DNA of 64,000 nucleotides. Origin: a bacterium (lineage in GTDB: Bacteria > Bacillota_I > Bacilli_A > Acholeplasmatales > JAEDCM01). The DNA lies in NCBI GenBank assembly GCA_024694145.1, contig JAILKD010000036.1, forward strand, positions 7,066 through 71,065, in the 5' to 3' direction. This document shows, in pieces, positions 51,017 to 59,418 of the stretch; within the stretch, counting starts at the first letter, position 1; each line of letters starts with the position of its first letter. Below the pieces are notes generated by a model. The model had not been told where the DNA came from and did not search any database. It worked only from the letters and a program-made list of their open reading frames with translations. Position numbers and translations under genes: made by a program.

Positions 51017-54000
51017 TTATGCAGCTACAATAGTTGCACCATTATCTTTAGCAACCTTAAATCCATAATTGCTTTCATAATTATCGACATTAGGTACTTT
51101 TAATGTAAATTTAGTTGGATCGCTAAATGTTTCAACATCAATACTAGGTGGTGTAACACTATTAAATGTTATTGTACCAGCAGTTTGAACTTGGAACACA
51201 CGTTTACCAATGTTATTTACATTTTCTGGAACTACAAAGCTTGTTAGATTATTACATCCATTAAATGTATCATCATTAATTGCATTACAATTTGTACTCC
51301 AATTAACTGTAGTAAGCGCTGAACATGTATTGAATGCACCTACACCAACATATGTAACACTATCAGGAATAGTTGCTGTAGTAATAGATTTACATTCTTT
51401 AAATGCATTGCCTAAAATTTGTTCAAGTACTGTTGTCTTTCCTTCTACTTGTAAGAAGTTTAAATTAGCAATCTTAGTTCCTTCAAATGCACTTTCGCCA
51501 ATAGTTCTAATTTTTTCTACATTAATTGATACTTCTGCAAGCTCTGTACATTTTGCGAAGAAGTTATTACTAATACCAGTAATATCTAGAGCAGATAGGT
51601 TAGCAGATACTAAGCTTTCAGATTCAGAGAAAGCATCTGGTCCTAAATTAATTACTTTTGCACCTAATGTTAATGAAGTAATACCAGATTTATAGAATGC
51701 TTTTTGGCCAATTGATACATTATTTGTACCAGTACCAAGAGCTAATTCTATTGATAAAGCACCACATTCTTCAAATGCTTCAGCTCCAATTGATAAAATA
51801 TTACCAAATGCAAAGCTTCCAATTCCACTCTTGTAGAATGCTCTACTACCAATTGCATTAATTGTAGTATTATCAGTCATATCAACTGTTGTTAAACTAG
51901 CGCATTCTTCAAACATTGAATTACTAATTAAAGTAACCTTTAATGCTTTTAAATTAGCACTTGATAATGTTGAACCTAAGAATGTGCCTTCACCGATTTC
52001 AGTAACTTTTGCTCCAAGAGCAACATTTGTTATGCCACTATATTGGAATGCGCCTTCACCTATAATTAGACCAACACCATCATTTTCTGTACCGATGTTA
52101 ATTACATCAGTAACACCAGTAAATGGTCTTGGATATTTGAAAGCATCAGTGCTATCTTTTTCGCCACTATTTGCAAATGCAAATGATCCTATTTTGTTAA
52201 CGCTCTTTGGAACAATTCCTTTATATGGAGTATTAAAGAATGCTTCATCACCAATAATTTTAATGTTTCCATTATTAGCTGTTTCCCAATCAACATTTTC
52301 TAACATATAGCAACTCTTGAATGTTCCAGCTGGGATTTCTTGAATTTTTTCAGGAATAACTAAATTATTAATTGATACAGCACCTTCAAATGCACTTTCA
52401 CCAAATGTTTGAAGTGATGTAGGTAAAACTAAATTAGTTAAACATCCACAATTTAAGAATGCGTTAGATCTAATTTCTCTAATAGTGTTTGGTAGATTAA
52501 TTGTTGTTAAAGCCATACAATTTGCAAATCCACCATTAGCAATATACTCAATCTTATTATTTGTAGCAAATTCTACATTCTTCAATGTAATACATCCACT
52601 AAATGCATTATCTCCCATAGCTTCAACATTCTTAGAAATTGTGAAGTTCTTTAAGTTTGTACAACCTGAGAATGCATCTTCACCGATAAATACTAATCTA
52701 GATGAGTTTATATCAATATTAACTTCACTTAATGTTAAGATATTGTTAAATGCTTTTTTATGAATTCTTTCAACTGTATTAGGAATAGTAATACTTACTA
52801 AAATTGTATTTTGGAATGTTCCGTTAGGAATTTCTTTCAAATTAAGTTTATCATCTTCAACACTTGGTTCAAATGTAACTTCATGTAATGATTTACAACC
52901 AGCAAATATAGATTCTCCAAGAATTATACCATTTGATGGAATAATAACATTTGTAATACCTGATCCGGCAAATGCATTAGAACCAATTTCTTTTACGTTA
53001 GCCATACCAATAAATTCTGTTAAGCTTTCGCAGCCTTCAAATGCATTCATACCAATCTTTGTAATAACACCATGTTCTGTATCCTCTAATTGAACAGTAC
53101 TAATTGCTGTAAAGCCTTTAAACATATTAGCAGCAAGTTCAATTTCAGTACCCTTTAACACAATCTTAGATAATGTATTTTTTAATGTTCCAACAGTATC
53201 ACCAAATATTTGTTCTAAGCTACTTGTACCAAAAACTTTGACTTCATCTATTTTTGTACATCCTTCAAGAACTGCCTTACCAAGTTTTTCATTAGCACCT
53301 AAATCATTTACGAACTCAAATGATGTGATTGCTTGGCAGCCTGAGAATGCTTTATCACCCATTGAAGTTAAATTTTCATTTGTTTTATTTATTTTAATTA
53401 GTAAGCATCCACTAAACGCTTCAGCTCCTAAAGTTTTTAATTCAGCAGGTAGTGCATTTAATTCAAGATTAACGCATCCTTTAAATGCTGCATCACCAAT
53501 AGTTGTAATGCTATCATTTAATGAATTGATCACTAAATTAGAGCATCCATCAAATGCATGTGCACCAATTGATGTAATATTTTCGTTAATTGTAAATGTA
53601 GAAATTGACGAATCGTTTTGGAATAATCCTTCGCTTATTAATACAACATTTTCAGGAAGAGCATCAATAACTAATTTACCACAATCTGCAAAAGCATATT
53701 TACCAGCTTTAGTTAAACCATTAGGTAATGCTAATGTTTCAATTCCACCGCATCCTTTGAATGCTTCTTCACCAATTTCAGTTACTGTTTCAGGAATAAT
53801 TATTTCACTTACTAATATACATCCGCTAAATGCCTTTCCTTCAATTATTTCAGTTCCAGCTAAAACTTTTATTGAATTAATTGTTTGGGCAACAGTTTCT
53901 CTTGATTCTCCGAATAATGAATCAAGACCATATTCTCCTCTTGTTTCAAGAGTAGTTACATTTGTATCTCCAACAAATGCATTTGGTTCTACAATTGTTC

Positions 54001-55642
54001 CTGAAGAGAATTTGATTGATGTAATATTAATACAATTAGTAAATGCGAATTGTTTAACAACAGTAACAACATTTGCACCTGTTATAATATTTACTTCATC
54101 TATTTCTGAGCATCCTTCAAATGCATTTTCTCCTATTGTTTCAATGTTTGCAGAGAATGTTGGAGTAGGAATTGCTGTATTTCTAAATGCATTAGCACCA
54201 ATAAATATAATATTGTCTAATGATAAAGTGCTTACTTTAACACATCCATCAAATCCACCTTCTCTTACTTTTGTAACTGTTGATGGTAATGTAACTGCCT
54301 CAAGGTTAATACAATTTTTAAATGTATTCTTAGAAATTTCAGTTAAGCCTTCATTTAATGTTATTTCAGTTACTCCTGTACATTCTTCAAATGCACTTTC
54401 ACCCATTGCTTTAACAGTATTAGCCACATCAAGTGTAACTAGATTTGCACATCCTTTATAGGCATTAGCTGCAATTTTATCGCCTGTTACATGAAGTTCT
54501 ACTAGTGACTTTCTAACTTGTGGAGCGTAACTAGTAAATATAGTTGCAATTGATAAACTTCCATTTGCAGTTAATTTCTCAATTTTTTCAAGTGGAATAA
54601 GAACATATTCAATTGGTTCTCCTTCTTTGTAATCTCTATCAACAATTTGTCTTTCATATTGTGTGAAAGCATTATTTCCGATTACAATATCAGATCCAGC
54701 CTTTATATTTAATTCTGTCAAACCTGCATTTACGAATGCTTCATCACCAACTGCTGTTAAACTTTCTGGCAATGTAACAGTTGTAGTTTTTTGAGTATTA
54801 TAGAAAGCTTTTGCTCCGATTTCTTTTATACCGTTATTAAACTTAATAGAACCTAGTTCTGTACAACCTCTAAATGCATTAGCACCAATCTTAGATAATT
54901 TTGTATTGCTAGAAAAATCTAATGCAGTGATTCCAACGCATCCCGAGAATGCCGATTGATCTATACTTGTAAGATTTGTAGCACTATCAAATGTTATAGT
55001 TGATAAACTACTACACTTTTCAAAAGCACTATCTGAAATAGTAACTAGTGTTTCAGGTAAATTGATACCTGTTATTTTATTACAATTGTAGAAGGCAAAT
55101 GGTCCAATAATTTCAAGATTTGATTCACTTGCTATTGTTACATTAGTTAATGTTTCTACATTTTGGAATGCTTCATATGAAATTGACTTTACACTTGCAG
55201 GAATTGTAATTGATGAAATTTTTGTTCCTAAAAATGCTTTAGATGGAATAGTTGTGATTTGTGGATTAGATCCAAATTCTACTGTTTCAAGATTTGAACA
55301 ATTCATAAATCCATTTCCATTGAAATAAACTAAGTTATCTGAAAAAACAACTTTTGTTAAATCTTTATCATCAGCATATGTAAATGAAACTCTTGTAACC
55401 TTGGCATTATTTTCACCAATAGTATTTGGAATAGTTAATGTAGCTCCTTGTTTTTCTATTTCAACAATTTCAGCCTCACCATTAAATTCCTTATATTTCA
55501 TCTTAAGGTTCTTGTCATATTTTATTTCATCATCAACAGGTGTTGGTTCAGTTTTTTGACTCTTTCCACAACCAGCAAAAATAAAAGCTGCTGAAGCTAT
55601 GGATAAAACTGAAAGTACCTTTAACATCATTTTCTTTTTCAT
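51017..55642 (-). CDS. giant BspA-type leucine-rich-repeat surface lipoprotein (1541 aa)
   Basis: Lipobox IFAGCGKS. Dozens of tandem ~23-25-aa LRR_5-type units run through the whole protein (e.g. VKSISYEAFQNVETLTNVTI, LTSIDQSAFSGCVGITALDF). Confidence 0.85.
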   Translation of the reverse strand: MKKKMMLKVLSVLSIASAAFIFAGCGKSQKTEPTPVDDEIKYDKNLKMKYKEFNGEAEIVEIEKQGATLTIPNTIGENNAKVTRVSFTYADDKDLTKVVFSDNLVYFNGNGFMNCSNLETVEFGSNPQITTIPSKAFLGTKISSITIPASVKSISYEAFQNVETLTNVTIASESNLEIIGPFAFYNCNKITGINLPETLVTISDSAFEKCSSLSTITFDSATNLTSIDQSAFSGCVGITALDFSSNTKLSKIGANAFRGCTELGSIKFNNGIKEIGAKAFYNTQKTTTVTLPESLTAVGDEAFVNAGLTELNIKAGSDIVIGNNAFTQYERQIVDRDYKEGEPIEYVLIPLEKIEKLTANGSLSIATIFTSYAPQVRKSLVELHVTGDKIAANAYKGCANLVTLDVANTVKAMGESAFEECTGVTEITLNEGLTEISKNTFKNCINLEAVTLPSTVTKVREGGFDGCVKVSTLSLDNIIFIGANAFRNTAIPTPTFSANIETIGENAFEGCSEIDEVNIITGANVVTVVKQFAFTNCINITSIKFSSGTIVEPNAFVGDTNVTTLETRGEYGLDSLFGESRETVAQTINSIKVLAGTEIIEGKAFSGCILVSEIIIPETVTEIGEEAFKGCGGIETLALPNGLTKAGKYAFADCGKLVIDALPENVVLISEGLFQNDSSISTFTINENITSIGAHAFDGCSNLVINSLNDSITTIGDAAFKGCVNLELNALPAELKTLGAEAFSGCLLIKINKTNENLTSMGDKAFSGCQAITSFEFVNDLGANEKLGKAVLEGCTKIDEVKVFGTSSLEQIFGDTVGTLKNTLSKIVLKGTEIELAANMFKGFTAISTVQLEDTEHGVITKIGMNAFEGCESLTEFIGMANVKEIGSNAFAGSGITNVIIPSNGIILGESIFAGCKSLHEVTFEPSVEDDKLNLKEIPNGTFQNTILVSITIPNTVERIHKKAFNNILTLSEVNIDINSSRLVFIGEDAFSGCTNLKNFTISKNVEAMGDNAFSGCITLKNVEFATNNKIEYIANGGFANCMALTTINLPNTIREIRSNAFLNCGCLTNLVLPTSLQTFGESAFEGAVSINNLVIPEKIQEIPAGTFKSCYMLENVDWETANNGNIKIIGDEAFFNTPYKGIVPKSVNKIGSFAFANSGEKDSTDAFKYPRPFTGVTDVINIGTENDGVGLIIGEGAFQYSGITNVALGAKVTEIGEGTFLGSTLSSANLKALKVTLISNSMFEECASLTTVDMTDNTTINAIGSRAFYKSGIGSFAFGNILSIGAEAFEECGALSIELALGTGTNNVSIGQKAFYKSGITSLTLGAKVINLGPDAFSESESLVSANLSALDITGISNNFFAKCTELAEVSINVEKIRTIGESAFEGTKIANLNFLQVEGKTTVLEQILGNAFKECKSITTATIPDSVTYVGVGAFNTCSALTTVNWSTNCNAINDDTFNGCNNLTSFVVPENVNNIGKRVFQVQTAGTITFNSVTPPSIDVETFSDPTKFTLKVPNVDNYESNYGFKVAKDNGATIVAA

Positions 55643-55809
55643 AGTGCATTACCTCCTACTAAAGTAAAATAGTCGAATTTATTTATAAATAAATTGCGTA
55701 TAAGACTACACTTATAAAAATATTTTATCATAGTAAAGCATTTTATGCAATATTAATATGTAATATTAATAAAATTAATTTTAGGTGTTTTTTTAATTCT
55801 TTTTGCAAC

Positions 55810-55830
55810 AAAAAAAGGCTCAAAAGAGCC
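55810..55830 (-). terminator. intrinsic terminator after the Big_2/VanZ gene
   Basis: Minus strand reads GGCTC-TTTT-GAGCC followed by TTTTTTTG. Confidence 0.65.
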
Positions 55831-55845
55831 AATTTCCGTGCCTAT

Positions 55846-57507
55846 CTATTCTTTATTAATAGATTCTATATTTTCCTTAGATTTTTGCTTATGCATTTTA
55901 ACTAAATATATGATAGATATTATGATAAATGAAATAACTACTGCTAACATATATCCTAAATAATCTATTGCTATATCCTTAAGTTGTGCAGTTCTATCTA
56001 TCGCAAATATTTGTATGAACTCTGTTAGAGAGGCAAAAACAAAACCATTTATAATAGTTATTACTATGTTTAACTTCTTATTTCCATCATAATTAGTATT
56101 AATAAATAGTAAGAACATAAAGCTTGAAACAAGACCAAATACAACAAATCCCATAAAGTGAGATAATCCTTTTCTAACAAATTTAGAGAATGATTTTCTA
56201 CCCATATTATCTTCCATAACCTTACTATCTACAGTTAATTCAAATGATGTCTCTGCACTATGGTATCCATCATCTAGCCTAACAGTTATAGTTGTTTTAC
56301 CTTTTTTATGAGGTGTAATATTACCTAAACTATCAATACTTGCTATTGATTCATCGCTTGATGAATATTCAAATTTAGAATAAGTTACATTACTATTTAC
56401 ATAGCTAGACATATCAAGTTTATAAGGATTGCCTAAAACTATTCTTCTATCAATTAAATTATAATTAGGTAATACATTTCTAGTTTCTACAACCATACCA
56501 GTTACATCTTTCCATTCGATTTTATTAGTTTCTTTATTAAACGTATAATTATATGCATAAACTGCTGAATAACCTGCTTCTTTTGCTGTTGCACTACCCT
56601 CTTCTAATTTAATGCTTAATCCACCATTTTTTGAGTAATCAGTTGTTTTAGTATTCGTATTATATATAAATGAACTAAAGAAAACAGTTTTAAATATATC
56701 AGAAACATTATCAGGTTTTATTTCTACGCTATAATTATGAACCGTCTTATCATTCATATATATTAGACTATCCCCACTTATTTTAAATGTAGTTGGTTCA
56801 ATCAATTTATGTGGATAAACTGTAATATCAACACTTGAAGTTAAGCCAGTATTAGTATGAGTCATTGTAATAGTTGTAGTTCCTTCATTAAAGGCAAATA
56901 AATAGCCATTATAATAATTAGCTACACTCTCATTAGTTGATGAAAAACTAACTTTTTTATCTGTTATTTCTTTATTATCAGATCTATATAAACTCCCCTT
57001 TGCAAGTGATACTTCACCCATATTTAAAGTTGTTTTTTCTATTTCTAGTTTTATTAAATCAGGTTCAACAATATCAATTACTGGTTTAGTTCTTTCTAAA
57101 ACTTTAAAATCTATTTGTTTTTCTATATTAGAATCGATTTGTTTAATTATAACAGAGGCATTCCCAACACTTAAAAATTCAATAAGACCGTGATCATCAA
57201 CAGTTAATATATTTGAATTTGTTGATATAAAACTAAGTTCTTTATAGCTTGCATTATCTGGTTTTACATTAATATCTAGTGTAAGTGTTTCATTAATATA
57301 ATAATACTCATTTAAATCGTTGTTAATAACAATTTCACTTGCATCAATGTATTTTGTTTTAACAAAAACCCTAGATATATTATTAACTATCTTTTTAAAG
57401 AAATTATGTTCTTTAACTGATAGGCTTTCAGGTATAGCCGATTCATATATTAATACTACAATAAGCAATACATATAAAACTAATAAAGTAATCCTTAATT
57501 TTTTCAT
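55846..57507 (-). CDS. membrane protein with extracellular Big_2-type Ig-like domains inserted into a VanZ-like membrane domain
   Basis: N-terminal TM helix (LLVLYVLLIVVLIYES). Then ~400 aa containing three Big_2-like blocks (SFISTNSNILTVDDHGLIEFLSVGNASV; SFSSTNESVANYYNGYLFAFNEGTTTITM; EYSSSDESIASIDSLGNITPHKKGKTTITV). The C-terminus has 3 TM helices with the VanZ-like LTEFIQIF..DRTAQLKDIAIDYLGY. Confidence 0.65.
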   Translation of the reverse strand: MKKLRITLLVLYVLLIVVLIYESAIPESLSVKEHNFFKKIVNNISRVFVKTKYIDASEIVINNDLNEYYYINETLTLDINVKPDNASYKELSFISTNSNILTVDDHGLIEFLSVGNASVIIKQIDSNIEKQIDFKVLERTKPVIDIVEPDLIKLEIEKTTLNMGEVSLAKGSLYRSDNKEITDKKVSFSSTNESVANYYNGYLFAFNEGTTTITMTHTNTGLTSSVDITVYPHKLIEPTTFKISGDSLIYMNDKTVHNYSVEIKPDNVSDIFKTVFFSSFIYNTNTKTTDYSKNGGLSIKLEEGSATAKEAGYSAVYAYNYTFNKETNKIEWKDVTGMVVETRNVLPNYNLIDRRIVLGNPYKLDMSSYVNSNVTYSKFEYSSSDESIASIDSLGNITPHKKGKTTITVRLDDGYHSAETSFELTVDSKVMEDNMGRKSFSKFVRKGLSHFMGFVVFGLVSSFMFLLFINTNYDGNKKLNIVITIINGFVFASLTEFIQIFAIDRTAQLKDIAIDYLGYMLAVVISFIIISIIYLVKMHKQKSKENIESINKE

Positions 57508-57531
57508 AAATGCCTCCTTTCTTTAAACTTT

Positions 57532-57560
57532 AAAAAAAGCAACTAAATAGTTGCTTTTTC
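57532..57560 (-). terminator. intrinsic terminator after the hsp70 gene
   Basis: Minus strand reads GCAAC-TATTTA-GTTGC followed by TTTTTTTA. Confidence 0.7.
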
Positions 57561-57580
57561 ATATTTAAAATCAATTAATT

Positions 57581-59299
57581 TTATAATCCTTGACGTAAAG
57601 CTTGAAGAGCTCTGAATAATAATACTCTATAATCTTCAGCAGTCTTAATGTATTCTTTTTGATTATCTAATCTAAATAGAATCCATTCAGTAATAGGATT
57701 TTGATTTTCTTGTAATTTAGCTCTAATTTCAGCTTCTGGTTTAGTAAGCTTCTCTGGTGGTAAATTTTTGAAGAATTCATTTGCAGCTTTCTTTAATTCT
57801 TCGAAGTTAGTCTTTTGAACTGATGAACCTTTACCAATTTGGAAAGTATCAGCAAATGATTGACCATCTTCATGAACTTCTTTTGCAATAACTTCAATCT
57901 TACCAGAGTTATCTACTCTTAAAGTTACATCTACTGGAACTTTATCAACTGAATCATGGAAGTTTTGAAGTTCAATCTTACCTAAAATTTGGTTTTCAGG
58001 AGATTCAACATTTAAATCTTTACCTTGAACTACATAAGCAGTAACTGCTTTTTGTCCCTTACCAGCTGTATAGAATCTTTCTACTACTTCATAAGGAATA
58101 GGTGTATTTTCAAGCATCATGTATTGAACGAATCCACCAGCAACTGTAATTCCAAGTGGGTTAGTTAAAATTTCGTTTAAGAATGATTCTTTCTTATTAC
58201 CCATAATTGAAGCTTGGATAGCAGCACCACGTGCAACGATTAAATCTGGATCACTATCAGAAATTTCTACACCTGGGAATGCACTTCTAATCATGCTTCC
58301 AACTAGTGGAATACGAGTAGAACCACCAACTAAGATAATTCTTTGGATTTCGCGTCCTCCAACAACTTTCTTAGCCATTTCAACTGTTTGGTTAACAAGT
58401 GAACCAATCATATTTTCAAATTGAGTCTTTGTTAATGAATATTCAAGAATAATTCTTTGTCCTTGAATACGAATCATATCTGTACCTTTAACTTCATCTT
58501 GTTTAGATAAAGCAATTTTGATTTTTTCAGAAATACCATAACTTCTCTTAATGAATTCTTTTTTGAAATCTTCTTTTCCTTCATATTTTCTACCTTCATC
58601 AGTAGATACATATGAATTATATAAGAATTCAGAAATCTTTTCATCGAAGTTCTTACCACCGATAACTGAACCATCAGTTCTAACAGCTTGATAGAATCTA
58701 ACTCCATCAACGTTTTCACATTCTAGTAAAGTAGCATCAAATGTTCCACCACCAAGGTCAAATGCAAGTACGTTTGATGCATCTTCTACATCTTCACCAT
58801 ATGCAAGTGTTGCACTTGTTGGTTCGTTGATTAAACGAATTTCATGAGTTGGATTAAATCCTGCATCTCTAGCAGCTTGTTCAGTTGAACGTCTTTCGTT
58901 ATCTTTGAAATAAGCTGGAACAGTGATAACTAAATCTTCAACTTCATTATCTGGATATAATTCATCTAGTCCGTCTTTGATATATTTTAATACCTTAGCA
59001 GAGAATTGTTCTGGGTTTAATTTAACTCCGTTATATTCTTCTGTATATGCATCACCTTTATCCATGTTGATTTTCATATGTTTCCAAGCATCCATGTATA
59101 AATCTGCATTGTTCTTAACTTTTTCTCCAACAAGGAATTTATCTGCAGCTTTGTCATAGTAAACTACTGAAGGGTAAATACCTGACATACTTCCGTGTAA
59201 ATATTGAAGAACTGGTTGATTTGTTACATCAGAATAAATATAGCATTCAGAGTTTGTAGTTCCTAAGTCAATACCTACTGTTAATTTTATATTACTCAT
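57581..59299 (-). CDS. divergent Hsp70-family ATPase (non-DnaK paralogue type, short lid)
   Basis: GIDLGTTNS, ITVPAYF, NEPTSATLAYG, DLGGGTFD and ILVGGSTRIP actin-fold/Hsp70 motifs, with a beta-sandwich-like region (LGITVAGG...). At 572 aa, sequence outside the motifs differs strongly from housekeeping DnaK. Confidence 0.85.
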   Translation of the reverse strand: MSNIKLTVGIDLGTTNSECYIYSDVTNQPVLQYLHGSMSGIYPSVVYYDKAADKFLVGEKVKNNADLYMDAWKHMKINMDKGDAYTEEYNGVKLNPEQFSAKVLKYIKDGLDELYPDNEVEDLVITVPAYFKDNERRSTEQAARDAGFNPTHEIRLINEPTSATLAYGEDVEDASNVLAFDLGGGTFDATLLECENVDGVRFYQAVRTDGSVIGGKNFDEKISEFLYNSYVSTDEGRKYEGKEDFKKEFIKRSYGISEKIKIALSKQDEVKGTDMIRIQGQRIILEYSLTKTQFENMIGSLVNQTVEMAKKVVGGREIQRIILVGGSTRIPLVGSMIRSAFPGVEISDSDPDLIVARGAAIQASIMGNKKESFLNEILTNPLGITVAGGFVQYMMLENTPIPYEVVERFYTAGKGQKAVTAYVVQGKDLNVESPENQILGKIELQNFHDSVDKVPVDVTLRVDNSGKIEVIAKEVHEDGQSFADTFQIGKGSSVQKTNFEELKKAANEFFKNLPPEKLTKPEAEIRAKLQENQNPITEWILFRLDNQKEYIKTAEDYRVLLFRALQALRQGL

Positions 59300-59354
59300 T
59301 GTAATTCCTCCCTTAAACGGTTTTATAGTTTTTAAATATACTTATCATAATATC

Positions 59355-59383
59355 ATTTTACCACACATTTCCAATATATTCAA
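59355..59383 (-). promoter_or_regulatory. internal promoter upstream of hsp70
   Basis: Minus strand has TTGAAT (59383-59378), a 17-nt spacer ending in TG, and TAAAAT (59360-59355), within the 119-nt gap after the GrpE-like gene. Confidence 0.5.
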
Positions 59384-59418
59384 TATATGAAATATCAAGA
59401 AATAGCGTAATTCTTTTA

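Noticed and set aside
50156-54461. Long plus-strand ORFs antisense to the LRR lipoprotein genes (50156-50590, 51210-51695, 51984-52310, 52485-52763 and 53238-54461, the last 407 aa).
   Set aside because: They lie entirely inside well-supported minus-strand genes. They have no RBS and translate to low-complexity S/P/N/F-rich sequence. The periodic codon composition of the repeats simply leaves the antisense frame free of stops.
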